64,000 bases of DNA, taken from the NCBI GenBank assembly GCA_026986575.1, contig JALSOH010000006.1:96001-160000 (forward strand), read 5' to 3'. The notes below the pieces were generated by a model, which saw only the letters and a program-made list of their open reading frames with translations, was not told where the DNA came from and searched no databases. Shown one piece after another: positions 8,864 to 18,001 of the stretch. This DNA comes from Thermoproteota archaeon (GTDB lineage: Archaea; Korarchaeota; Korarchaeia; Korarchaeales; Korarchaeaceae). Each line of letters opens with the position of its first letter. Within the stretch, counting starts at the first letter, position 1. Both the position numbers and the translations under genes were made by a program.

Positions 8864-9914
8864 GATCCTCGCACTCATCACATACCAAGACTACATCGAA
8901 CTCGCTGGAATATACCAGAGAGTCCTCAACCGACGTGATTATCCCTCCTCCTCTCCTCAAGGAAGAGATGAGCCATCTGATCTCGTCCTTTATCTGATAT
9001 GGCGCCCTCTCCTCCGTGAGAGGGCTTAGCAAGGGAGCGATAACCACGAAATCCCTCCTCTCGTAGGTGATTGATTGGAGCAAGGTCATCAGGGAGATCG
9101 CATCCTTGCCAGCGGTCGGTAACCTTGAGACATCTATTATCAGGACCCCTGCCACTTCGGGCAGTGCCTCATGCAGCAAGGATCCATCCTCACCGAACAG
9201 CTGTTGCAGCATAGATCTCCCTGGCTCCGAAATCCTAATGTCATCTAGCAGTGAGACTTCACCTGTCTTCAGGACCTCACTTATAACGGAGGGATCCACT
9301 CCGCTCAAGTAAGAGAGGAGGAGAGATGCCGTCATGTAATAGGATGGCCCGAGACCACCAGCATGACCGAATCTGAGATCTCCTGGCCCAGCGATCTTGA
9401 TCTCGGCGTTTTTCAGCCTATCAGCAGCGTCACCGTTCCAGTCGACCAAGATCACCCTCCTATTCGTGGAGATTATGGAGGCCAGCGATATCGCTAGGGA
9501 ACCTGCTAGACCTACGGATTTGCAGACAGTTAGTACCGACTTGAACGAGAGAGACAACAGGTCCTGCCCACTCTGACGCTCGTCCTCCTCCCTCACCTCA
9601 TCCTTGGAGATAGGCATCGTGGAGATGAAGGTGAGCAGCAACAACAGGGGGAATAACAGCGATCCCAGAGCTAGAGGGATGTAGTACCTCAGATCAACGT
9701 TACCTCTGATCCTAAAACCCAAATAGAAGAGAAAACTCGCTATGGAGATGTTGATCAATCTCTGAGGCATCCTCGCAGGCCAGATCCTAACAATCTCCAC
9801 AGAAAGGAACAGGAATCCGAGTATCAGGAGTAAGAGGGATAGCACGCCTTCAGGTCCCTTGAAGATCCTCTTGAGGAGGGAGAGTAAGGAGATCACGCCC
9901 CCAACTCTCCCCAT
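8796..9914 (-). CDS. Membrane protein with possible degenerate HerA/VirB4-like P-loop domain
   Basis: Three N-terminal TM helices; RVILVDWNGD and VLIIDVSRLP motifs; no intact Walker A. Confidence 0.5.
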   Translation of the reverse strand: MGRVGGVISLLSLLKRIFKGPEGVLSLLLLILGFLFLSVEIVRIWPARMPQRLINISIASFLFYLGFRIRGNVDLRYYIPLALGSLLFPLLLLLTFISTMPISKDEVREEDERQSGQDLLSLSFKSVLTVCKSVGLAGSLAISLASIISTNRRVILVDWNGDAADRLKNAEIKIAGPGDLRFGHAGGLGPSYYMTASLLLSYLSGVDPSVISEVLKTGEVSLLDDIRISEPGRSMLQQLFGEDGSLLHEALPEVAGVLIIDVSRLPTAGKDAISLMTLLQSITYERRDFVVIAPLLSPLTEERAPYQIKDEIRWLISSLRRGGGIITSVEDSLVYSSEFDVVLVCDECEDPIYKLDSYRLCPLSVRRARKGV

Positions 9915-11557
9915 TCGGATAGGAGTAGCTCTAGGTATCTGAGTTTCTCGAGGAGATGCCTCATCTCAGCCCGGTGAATGACTCTCACTTGCTCCTCCAC
10001 AGACTCAACGCCTAGCAGGAAGCCCTCCACCCCAGCGGACAGAGCCTTGCGTATTAGATCAACTGAAGGAACTTCCTCCTTCAGATCTACCATGAGATGA
10101 TCGAAGCGGGAAGCTATAGAGAGGGATGCACTGAACCCCTCGAGATTCACTGGCAGTACGGCGCCATCGTAGATGTCAGACAGCTCATCAGACATCAGCA
10201 CCAATTCTGCCTTTCCTAGGTAGATCAAGAACTTTGAGCTCGGAGAGGACGCTGCAATGGAAGATAGCTTTTCCTTAGCTTCCTTCGGGTTATCTGCCTC
10301 CACTAACACCTTAACCTCACCCAGATCTCCTACGTTTGAGGGATCCCTTAGAATGACGATGTGGTCGCCTGGTCCTACTCTGCTCAGCTCGTCTACTTCC
10401 ACGATGCTGCCGTCCACTAACCCCCTCGGGAGTTCCACCGGGTACCTGATGTAGATCTTGGATGCAACCAATGCGACTTGGGAGACCTCAACCTCTCTCA
10501 GAGTTACCTTCTCGGGGCGAGTAGGGATCTCTACCTCCTTCACCACCTCTCTTAATTTTTCCTCCTTAATTTCCCTGACTTCTCTCCTCTCCTCCAACCA
10601 ATTCATGATCTTCCTCTCCAACGGCTTAACGGGCGGTCTTTCAGGCTCCTTGTGGGCCTGTATCACGAATAGAACGTCCGTGCCCTCCTGAATTATCCAC
10701 TCCATGAGGGTGGGGGTCCCCAAGATCAGTGAGAGATCGGAGGAGGTTCTAGCTATCTCCTCTATCTCTCCCCCACTCACCGAGGGCTCCATCCATAGAT
10801 GATGGGGGACCTCCACCTCCCGAATGCCCTGAGGGCTGGGTACGAGCTTAATCTTCTTCTCACTCAGCTCGCTCTCTACGACCTCCATGAGGTCCATGCT
10901 GATCCTGAACCTGTCCTTCGGAACTCCATTCATCGATCCCCAAGTCGACTCAACTAGGATTTCATTTCTCCTCCTAGAGGGGCAGCAGATGGCGATCCCA
11001 CTCGATCTCGGAAAGATGACCTTCTGTATCATTATCGCTAGGTCCAGATCCTCTGGATATACGCCGAGATCCATCATCCTAGCTATGGCCTTAAGTGAGA
11101 AGGAGCCGCTTAACACCCTCTGGATGGACCTCACAATCCCCTTTTTCGTTGGCTCATCGTACCACACGCCCATCCTGCCTTTGAGGTCCCCGTCGACGAG
11201 CTCGGATGCGTAGGGAGACGGTCTAGCGACTATCATTTTCTCGACATTACCGGCGATGGAATCCATTATACCATCCAACAGGTCCTCGGGAATCGGTAGA
11301 GAGTTTATCTTGGATCTGATCTCCTTCTCGAGTTCAAAGGCCTTCCCCGGGCTGTCCGAGTCCATCACTATCCTAGAGAGCTTGAAGATGTCATGCCTTA
11401 TCCCGGACCCCGACATCAACTGGGATATCACATCGCTGGGTATGATGACGGTGAAAGGAACCTTAGCACCGGTGGCCTTCACCTTGGATAGGTTCCAAGC
11501 CTTCAATCCTACCTCCATCTCGGTGTGCTTGGGAACATCGTCCAAACCGATTAGCAA
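9893..11557 (-). CDS. PEP synthase/PPDK-like protein (ATP-grasp domain plus eroded C-terminal barrel, no phospho-His domain)
   Basis: GLKAWNL, VARPS, AIMIQKV, RSSGIA, VESTWG, LMEW, VIQA align with PPDK_N. TTG start follows GGAGGTGA. Confidence 0.85.
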   Translation of the reverse strand: MLIGLDDVPKHTEMEVGLKAWNLSKVKATGAKVPFTVIIPSDVISQLMSGSGIRHDIFKLSRIVMDSDSPGKAFELEKEIRSKINSLPIPEDLLDGIMDSIAGNVEKMIVARPSPYASELVDGDLKGRMGVWYDEPTKKGIVRSIQRVLSGSFSLKAIARMMDLGVYPEDLDLAIMIQKVIFPRSSGIAICCPSRRRNEILVESTWGSMNGVPKDRFRISMDLMEVVESELSEKKIKLVPSPQGIREVEVPHHLWMEPSVSGGEIEEIARTSSDLSLILGTPTLMEWIIQEGTDVLFVIQAHKEPERPPVKPLERKIMNWLEERREVREIKEEKLREVVKEVEIPTRPEKVTLREVEVSQVALVASKIYIRYPVELPRGLVDGSIVEVDELSRVGPGDHIVILRDPSNVGDLGEVKVLVEADNPKEAKEKLSSIAASSPSSKFLIYLGKAELVLMSDELSDIYDGAVLPVNLEGFSASLSIASRFDHLMVDLKEEVPSVDLIRKALSAGVEGFLLGVESVEEQVRVIHRAEMRHLLEKLRYLELLLSEWGELGA

Positions 11558-11561
11558 GACA

Positions 11562-12332
11562 TCACCTCCACCTGAACTCAATACTGTCACCCACATCGAC
11601 CCCTAGGAAGTTGGCGGCGCTGCCCCTAGCTAACGAGAGCTCCAACAGATCAGTGCTCCCCCTAATCATCAGGAGGCCTTTACCCCCGTAATGGGTGGAT
11701 CTCATAGCCCTGGCCCACGAATGCGATGTAATCACTTCGATCTTCTCCGCGCCCACCTTACTCCATCTCACGTTAGTTATCACGTTCCCGAAGCCATCCA
11801 CGTTGAGCACTTCCCCCTTAAGGTATCTGTCTCCCTCCTCCACCTTCCACAGATCCAAAATCTCCATGGATCTCTTCCTAAATCCCAAGTCGTCGGGAGA
11901 CTTGCCGCATGCTAACATCGCGGACACAGGAGCGAAGATATCTCTCCCGTCGAAGGTGCCCGTCCTCCTCTCGGCGAGACCCGTCCCCCTCATGTCTATC
12001 TTGAAGATCTCGTACTCTCCCATTTCTTGAACCACTGGCCAAAAGAGACCGTTATCCGGACCCACAAAGGTGAGAGGACCGGCCTTCACTATTATTGGAT
12101 CCCTAGCAGTTCCCACCCCGGGATCCACGACTCCCAAGACGATGGATCCCCTTTCTATCCAACGATGCGCCTGCCAGAGGACGAATGCCCCATGCTTTAT
12201 GTTGAACTTCCTGACCCCGTGAGATATATCGACTAGATCGACCTTGGGGCACCGGGTGCGGATCACTCCTTTCATTGCCCCTACGTAATAGTCTTCGGTA
12301 CCGAAATCAGTGATGAGGTATATCGAGGTCAT
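11562..12332 (-). CDS. SAM hydroxide adenosyltransferase / SAM-dependent halogenase family (DUF62)
   Basis: LITDFG..DYYVGAMKGVI, VVDPGVGT.R, VGPDNG, TFDGRDIFAP, VDGFGNVITN. Confidence 0.93.
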   Translation of the reverse strand: MTSIYLITDFGTEDYYVGAMKGVIRTRCPKVDLVDISHGVRKFNIKHGAFVLWQAHRWIERGSIVLGVVDPGVGTARDPIIVKAGPLTFVGPDNGLFWPVVQEMGEYEIFKIDMRGTGLAERRTGTFDGRDIFAPVSAMLACGKSPDDLGFRKRSMEILDLWKVEEGDRYLKGEVLNVDGFGNVITNVRWSKVGAEKIEVITSHSWARAMRSTHYGGKGLLMIRGSTDLLELSLARGSAANFLGVDVGDSIEFRWR

Positions 12333-12385
12333 CGATTAGAAGGGATACCATCCTTTTTAATTATGATATGGATTGACGGAGTGCT

Positions 12386-12586
12386 ATGAGCCTAAAGGGT
12401 CTGCTGTTCTGGCTTGCTGGATCTCTAGCGCTCCTCCTATCCCTGTTCACGCTAGTTGCCGATGAGTCTACTCTCTTATTGATATTGAGATGTCTATCAT
12501 TCGTTTTCCTGTTAGGAGTCGGAGTTCTGCTCCTTATAATCGCTAAGAAGTTGCTTACTCTATCCCCACCTCCTCCCGCTGCCTAA
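12386..12586 (+). CDS. Small two-TM membrane protein
   Basis: Two hydrophobic helices; fills the gap between minus-strand genes; TATA-like TTTTTAAT upstream. Confidence 0.6.
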   Translation: MSLKGLLFWLAGSLALLLSLFTLVADESTLLLILRCLSFVFLLGVGVLLLIIAKKLLTLSPPPPAA

Positions 12587-13139
12587 GCTTGATGCCGTAT
12601 AGTGTCTCGTATATTGGTCCCTGCGGAGTGAGGGTGCTTTTCTTGAACCTCACCTCCTCGACATCTATGAATCCTATATCAACATCCGAGATCCTCCTAA
12701 TTATCTCAGGCAGATCGCCGGAGTAGCCTTTGACCCTAGCGATGGTTAGGTGGGGCTCGAATCCCTTGGTCTCCCTCTTAAAGCCTAACTTGGCTAAGGA
12801 CCTGTCAAGCTCCTTGGCCATCTCGATGAAGACATCTCTTCCCTCATCCACACCTATCCACACGACGTTTGGCCTGCTCACCCTAGGAAAGGCGCCAACT
12901 CCCTTGAGGTGCATGGGAAAGGGGTCAAAGGATCCGAGTACCTCTCTCATGGTGGAAACCACCAGTTCTATCCTCGATTCCTCGACATTACCCAAGAACT
13001 TCAAGGTAAAGTGGAGGTTCTGCCTCTCCACGGGTCTCAGCCTGGCGCTAGAGGAGAGGATCTCCTCCTGAACCCTGACTATCTTGGACACTATCTCGGG
13101 GTCTTCGACATCTATGGCGATGAAGCTGCGTATCCCCAC
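12555..13139 (-). CDS. thpR: RNA 2',3'-cyclic phosphodiesterase (2H phosphoesterase, LigT-like)
   Basis: RSFIAID, two HxT motifs (HFTLKFLG, PHLTIAR), KSTLTPQGPIY. Confidence 0.95.
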   Translation of the reverse strand: MGIRSFIAIDVEDPEIVSKIVRVQEEILSSSARLRPVERQNLHFTLKFLGNVEESRIELVVSTMREVLGSFDPFPMHLKGVGAFPRVSRPNVVWIGVDEGRDVFIEMAKELDRSLAKLGFKRETKGFEPHLTIARVKGYSGDLPEIIRRISDVDIGFIDVEEVRFKKSTLTPQGPIYETLYGIKLRQREEVGIE

Positions 13140-13152
13140 TATCTTCCCTCCT

Positions 13153-13509
13153 TCACCTTAGCTCAGGAGGAACGCCCTCGTTAGGTATCATGCAAAGGAA
13201 CAGAATTTCATCGTAAGCGAAATATTCGTGAGGAAGATCGGGAGGTACGTATATGGCATTTCCCTCCTTGACTTCGAATTCCTGATCCCCGATCCTTATC
13301 TTCCCCCTTCCCTTCAGTACAAGGATCTCGTGCTCCCACGGGTGGCTGTGCTCAGGTATGTGCCCTCCAGCCTCCACCCTGAATATCCTCATCGAGAAGT
13401 TGGGTGCTCCGTCCTTAGGGGAGAACACCCACTTGATGTAGGTCTTCTCAGCTTGAGGGACCGGTTTGAACGGGATGGAATCGACATCCTTGATCACGGG
13501 CCGGGACAT
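13153..13509 (-). CDS. Cupin domain protein
   Basis: GAPNFSMRIF, HSHPWEHE, PHEY cupin motifs; likely start MSRPVIK. Confidence 0.9.
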   Translation of the reverse strand: MSRPVIKDVDSIPFKPVPQAEKTYIKWVFSPKDGAPNFSMRIFRVEAGGHIPEHSHPWEHEILVLKGRGKIRIGDQEFEVKEGNAIYVPPDLPHEYFAYDEILFLCMIPNEGVPPELR

Positions 13510-13613
13510 ATGTCTCAGGGTCAGTGCAACGTATAAAGATGGGGGCTCAGTCCTAAAGCGTATAATCACCCCTCATAGATCACCTCCGACATCATCGCCC
13601 CGTCTAATGGACA

Positions 13614-14501
13614 TTAAACCGTTATTAACTCGAACTCCATCCTAGACCCCACTATGGCGAGCAGGTCCTCCATCCTCGAGGGCATTATCAACGCACCTGC
13701 GGCGTTTCTGTGGCCGCCCCCTCCCAATCTCTCAGCTACTTCCAGGGCCGAGAGCGGAGAATCTTCTCGACTCCTTAAGGAGAGCCTCAGAGCCCCATCC
13801 GATCCGGTGGTAATGGTCCCAAAGAACCTATATCTCTTAGCCACTAGTTGTATGACGGGCACTAGGTAGGATGGGAGGCTCTCTATTCTCACCAAGAGAG
13901 CTTCTCCTCCCTCCAAAGATAGTAACTCTTTCAATCGGTCCCCGTACTCCCTCCCTATGAGATCTACTTCCCTCTTCACCGCAGGAAGGTTAATCAGCTC
14001 ATCACTTGTCGTGGGAGGATGTAACAAGAGATCCCTCGCAACTTTGATGAGATCAGACCTCTTTCTCTTGAAGATCTTCCTGATGGCGGCCGTGAAGAGG
14101 GCGGAGGACAGATCTAGGTTACCCGTATCTGTCAGATCTACCAGATCGACAGTATGGGAGAGATCCTCCACTTGAGGTTCGCACTCCCTCAGTATGTCAT
14201 ACAGGAGTCTCGCCGTGGACGGATATTCCGGCCTAAGGAAGGCCGTCCCCGCCCTGTCAAGGAGGTTGAGGTTGGACTCGTGATGGTCCACGAGTATTCT
14301 AGTACCGCCCCTCGGGGGAGGCAGGTCTAGGACAATATCGAAGCTCTCCAGCGACTCCCTTATCTCGTAGGGCGCGGTGAAATGGATCACAAGGTCCTCC
14401 GGATGTATCAATGCGATGAGGGAGGCTGAGAATATACCGTCTAGGTCCTCCCCGTGGCTAGCTACCTTGAGCCTTCCACCCTTCGAGACCAGTTCGAACA
14501 T
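13614..14501 (-). CDS. DHH/DHHA1 family phosphoesterase
   Basis: HGEDLDG, DHH, SLRS, GGGGHRNAAGA. Confidence 0.9.
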   Translation of the reverse strand: MFELVSKGGRLKVASHGEDLDGIFSASLIALIHPEDLVIHFTAPYEIRESLESFDIVLDLPPPRGGTRILVDHHESNLNLLDRAGTAFLRPEYPSTARLLYDILRECEPQVEDLSHTVDLVDLTDTGNLDLSSALFTAAIRKIFKRKRSDLIKVARDLLLHPPTTSDELINLPAVKREVDLIGREYGDRLKELLSLEGGEALLVRIESLPSYLVPVIQLVAKRYRFFGTITTGSDGALRLSLRSREDSPLSALEVAERLGGGGHRNAAGALIMPSRMEDLLAIVGSRMEFELITV

Positions 14502-14575
14502 TTCACCGGCTCTCCCCTTCTCGAGTCCATCGCGCATATCGAATTTAAAACATTAACAGGGAGGATGCGTAGAGA

Positions 14576-15046
14576 GTGATGGGACGCAGGGTCTTAGTGG
14601 CCGGCACGTTCGACCTGATTCACGAGGGTCATATCAAGATGCTATGGGAAGCTAAGAAACTCGCTGGCAAAGATGGGGAGCTCGTGGTGGTCATTGCGAG
14701 AGATGATAATGTGAAGAGGTTCAAGGGAAGATTCCCTGTGATAAGAGAGTCATCTAGGGCCTACATTGTGAAAAACCTGAAACCGGTCGACCGTGTCGTT
14801 CTGGGTGAGAAAGAACCTTTAGATTCCATAGTGAAGATAAGACCGGATGTAATAGCCCTAGGATACGATCAATGGGCTGAGGAGAGATGGCTTAAGGAAG
14901 AATTGAGGAAGAGAGGTATGGAGATCGAGGTGGTGAGGCTTCCTAGGTTCGGGGACAGCTCGAGTTCCTCGATAATCGATAAGATACTGAGACTGTTCTG
15001 TTCAGACAAGGAGCCTCGAAATGGCGGAGGAGAGTCTGAGAGCTAG
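14576..15046 (+). CDS. ribL: FAD synthase (cytidylyltransferase family)
   Basis: AGTFDLIHEGH, VVIARD, PDVIALGYDQ, SSSII. Confidence 0.85.
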   Translation: MMGRRVLVAGTFDLIHEGHIKMLWEAKKLAGKDGELVVVIARDDNVKRFKGRFPVIRESSRAYIVKNLKPVDRVVLGEKEPLDSIVKIRPDVIALGYDQWAEERWLKEELRKRGMEIEVVRLPRFGDSSSSSIIDKILRLFCSDKEPRNGGGESES

Positions 15047-15466
15047 AGCCTCTGCTTCTCTTCTGTCGACCAAACCATTTTCCACATCTAGCTTGGTCCA
15101 CAGCTCCGCCCCAATTTCCTTGACCTCCTCGCTCCCCCTCCACCTCCTCATGAGGGAGAAGGCTAGATCTATGAGATCCCTAGCTATTCCACACGCGGTC
15201 TCCTGAACTCCATCCTCCGTGTCGTAACACAACCCGACTCCCAGCGGTATCAGGTAAGACAGGCCGCACACCAATGTCTTGAGGTCGCCACCTTTCCAAT
15301 CCCTCAGGTGACCTACTAGCTCGAAGAATAGGTACCTGAGATAGCCCTCGGCCCTGCTTAACTTTCTCACCCTCTCCTTCGGGTCCTCCTCCCTCAAGAG
15401 GTCCTCGACGTAGGAGAGAAATTCCTCGTTCACCTCGTAGACGCAGGAGTTCACATCTTCAACCAT
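15002..15466 (-). CDS. Hypothetical alpha-helical protein
   Basis: Codon usage typical of the genome; divergent from metG. Confidence 0.65.
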   Translation of the reverse strand: MVEDVNSCVYEVNEEFLSYVEDLLREEDPKERVRKLSRAEGYLRYLFFELVGHLRDWKGGDLKTLVCGLSYLIPLGVGLCYDTEDGVQETACGIARDLIDLAFSLMRRWRGSEEVKEIGAELWTKLDVENGLVDRREAEALALRLSSAISRLLV

Positions 15467-15530
15467 GGTGATCCATGCTGAATTGAGCACAGGCTTAAAA
15501 TTCTTGATAGCGCCATTTGCGGGAGCGGAT

Positions 15531-17210
15531 ATGAGGTGGATAGTGGCCTCGGCTTGGCCCTACATAAATGCTGTGCCCCATCTGGGCACCCTCATCCAAG
15601 TCCTCTCTTCCGATGTGTACGCTAGGTACAGGAGGAAGAAAGGGGACTCAGTGGTCTTCGTATCAGGTTCCGACGAGCACGGAACTCCCATAGAAATAGA
15701 GGCTATAAGGAAAGGAATAAGTCCGAAGGAGCTCACGGACAAGATGCACTCCTACGTCTCGGATCTCTTCAATAGGTTCGGAATAAGCTACGACAACTAC
15801 ACGAGAACGGAGAGCCCCACTCATGTGAAGTTCGTTCAGGAGTTCTACATGAGGATCTACGAGAACGGGCACATCTTCGAGAAAGAGACGGAACAGCTTT
15901 ACTGCCCCAACGACAAGATGTTCCTGCCAGACAGGTTCGTGATCGGGACATGCCCCTACTGCGGATACGAGAAAGCCCACGGCGACCAGTGCGATAAGTG
16001 CGGGAGGCTTCTGAACCCGACCGACTTGATCAACCCGAGGTGTGCCATATGCGGTGCTGAACCGGAACTTAGGAGAACGAAGCACTGGTTCTTCGATCTA
16101 CCCAAATTCTCCGATAAACTCAAGGAGTACATAGAGTCGAACGAGCAGCTTCCAGATAACGCGAGGTCCATGTCCCTCTCAATGATAGAGGACGGACTGA
16201 AACCCAGATCAATAACTAGGGACAACAAGTGGGGTATCCCAGCTCCCTTCCCAGGAGCCGAGGGAAAGACGATCTACGTGTGGATGGAGGCGGTGTTGGG
16301 CTACGTCTCAGCGGTGAAGGAGCACTTCGAGAGACTCGACAAACCGGAGGAGTTCGACGAGTTCTGGAAGGGAAAAGACACCAAATCGATCTACTTCATA
16401 GGGAAGGACAATATACCCTTCCATACCCTGATATTCCCAGCGCTGCTAATGGCCAGTGAAGGAGGGTACGTCCTGCCCTATAATGTGGCCTCCACGGAAT
16501 TCCTCCTCTTCGAAGGGGAGAAATTCTCCAAGAGGGAGAGGATAGGTATATGGCTGGACGAGGCGCTAGCCCTGCTTCCCGCTGATTACTGGCGTTTCTA
16601 CATGATATACATAAGGCCGGAGACAAAGGACGCCAACTTCTCTTGGGACGATATGGTGGCCAAGATCAACGACGAGTTGAATGATACCTTGGGCAATTTG
16701 ATCCACAGAGTACTCTCCTTCATCAAATCGAGGTACAATGGGATCGTTCCAAATGCCCAGCTCGACGAGGAGTCTGAGGAGATGCTGAAGGAAGCTAAGG
16801 AGATAGCTGGTAGGATTGAGGATAACTTAGAGAGGGTCAAGTTGAGGGACGCTCTCAAGGAATTCCTCGAGATGGCGCGGCTCGGAAACAGGTTCTTCAA
16901 CAGCAGGGAGCCTTGGAGGGATATAAAGGAGAACAAACCACGCGCTGACTCCACTGTGGTCGCCTCATTCAATCTGCTGAAGGCGATGGCCTCGTACATG
17001 CACATATTCATGCCCTTCTCGGCTGAGAAGCTATGGAGGATGATGGGTCTTGATGGTGAGCCTGCGCCCTTCTCTGATGCATTCAACATCGTAACCGAGA
17101 TACAGCTGAGAGAAGTGGAGCCATTGTTCCATAAGGTCAATAAGGAGGAGTTGCAGGAAAGGCTGGAGGAGATCCGAGAGAAGGGAGAGGTTCTCTCGGC
17201 TAGAGAATGA
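15531..17210 (+). CDS. metG: Methionyl-tRNA synthetase (short form, no C-terminal tRNA-binding domain)
   Basis: AWPYINAVPHLG, SGSDEHGTPI, Zn knuckle CPYC...CDKC, YVWMEA, GKDNIPFH, KFSKR. Confidence 0.97.
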   Translation: MRWIVASAWPYINAVPHLGTLIQVLSSDVYARYRRKKGDSVVFVSGSDEHGTPIEIEAIRKGISPKELTDKMHSYVSDLFNRFGISYDNYTRTESPTHVKFVQEFYMRIYENGHIFEKETEQLYCPNDKMFLPDRFVIGTCPYCGYEKAHGDQCDKCGRLLNPTDLINPRCAICGAEPELRRTKHWFFDLPKFSDKLKEYIESNEQLPDNARSMSLSMIEDGLKPRSITRDNKWGIPAPFPGAEGKTIYVWMEAVLGYVSAVKEHFERLDKPEEFDEFWKGKDTKSIYFIGKDNIPFHTLIFPALLMASEGGYVLPYNVASTEFLLFEGEKFSKRERIGIWLDEALALLPADYWRFYMIYIRPETKDANFSWDDMVAKINDELNDTLGNLIHRVLSFIKSRYNGIVPNAQLDEESEEMLKEAKEIAGRIEDNLERVKLRDALKEFLEMARLGNRFFNSREPWRDIKENKPRADSTVVASFNLLKAMASYMHIFMPFSAEKLWRMMGLDGEPAPFSDAFNIVTEIQLREVEPLFHKVNKEELQERLEEIREKGEVLSARE

Positions 17211-17915
17211 TCAGCTCCCCTTCTCCACCCTCACCCTTATCTTGACCTCTCCAGAGGCTATGGGATGTCCCGGCTTCATCGCCTGCACCACTACGATATA
17301 GGTAGTGTTTTCGGTCACATTGGCGCTCCAATCCAAGACGGCCCTGCCCCCGGAATCGGTGTGAGTCACGGAGGTCACTGTGGCGTTTGGGCCCATGGTG
17401 ATGGCTATGAGCTTGGCCCCCTCGACGGGTTTCCCTTCCATCGTTACGGTAGCATATACCTTACTGGAGACGGTGGCGTACTGCTTCTCAGCCGTCACAT
17501 TGATGAAGGCGGACAGGTTTTCCTCCGTCTCTAGGGTAATGTCCAAAGGAGCGCCCCCGAAAACATTGAAGTATGCATCTTCCTCGACGGTACCACCGAG
17601 ATTCGCCACCACTTTCAGTGAATAGTGGCCTATTCTGTACCTTCCTTCATCGATTGAGATGATAGCGCTCACTACTTTGCCCGGCTGCAGGCTCCTGGAC
17701 TCTATGGTCATGTTCCTCTCGAGATCCACAATGTCCACCCTGACGGATGATGGAGGACTGGGAAAAGACAACGTGAACCGTAGTTCTCCCCCTAGGGGGA
17801 CCGTATCCTCGTCAAGAGAGATCTTGAACTTGGGTGCCGTTATCACAGGCCAGGATAGGAGCAGAGCGACAAAGACGAGATTGAGCAGTAGCACTATCTT
17901 GGTCTTGGTCTCCAT
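17211..17915 (-). CDS. Exported protein with Ig-like beta-sandwich domains
   Basis: N-terminal signal/TM; GKPVEGA...TDSGGRA Ig-like pattern; several N-x-S/T sequons. Confidence 0.7.
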   Translation of the reverse strand: METKTKIVLLLNLVFVALLLSWPVITAPKFKISLDEDTVPLGGELRFTLSFPSPPSSVRVDIVDLERNMTIESRSLQPGKVVSAIISIDEGRYRIGHYSLKVVANLGGTVEEDAYFNVFGGAPLDITLETEENLSAFINVTAEKQYATVSSKVYATVTMEGKPVEGAKLIAITMGPNATVTSVTHTDSGGRAVLDWSANVTENTTYIVVVQAMKPGHPIASGEVKIRVRVEKGS

Positions 17916-18001
17916 TCTTCGGTCCCATGGTAGGGAAACCTCCCTTAATTAATGGTTATCGTTCCCACGAACTTTTATTTTCCTCCAGCCGTTTCACCCA
18001 G

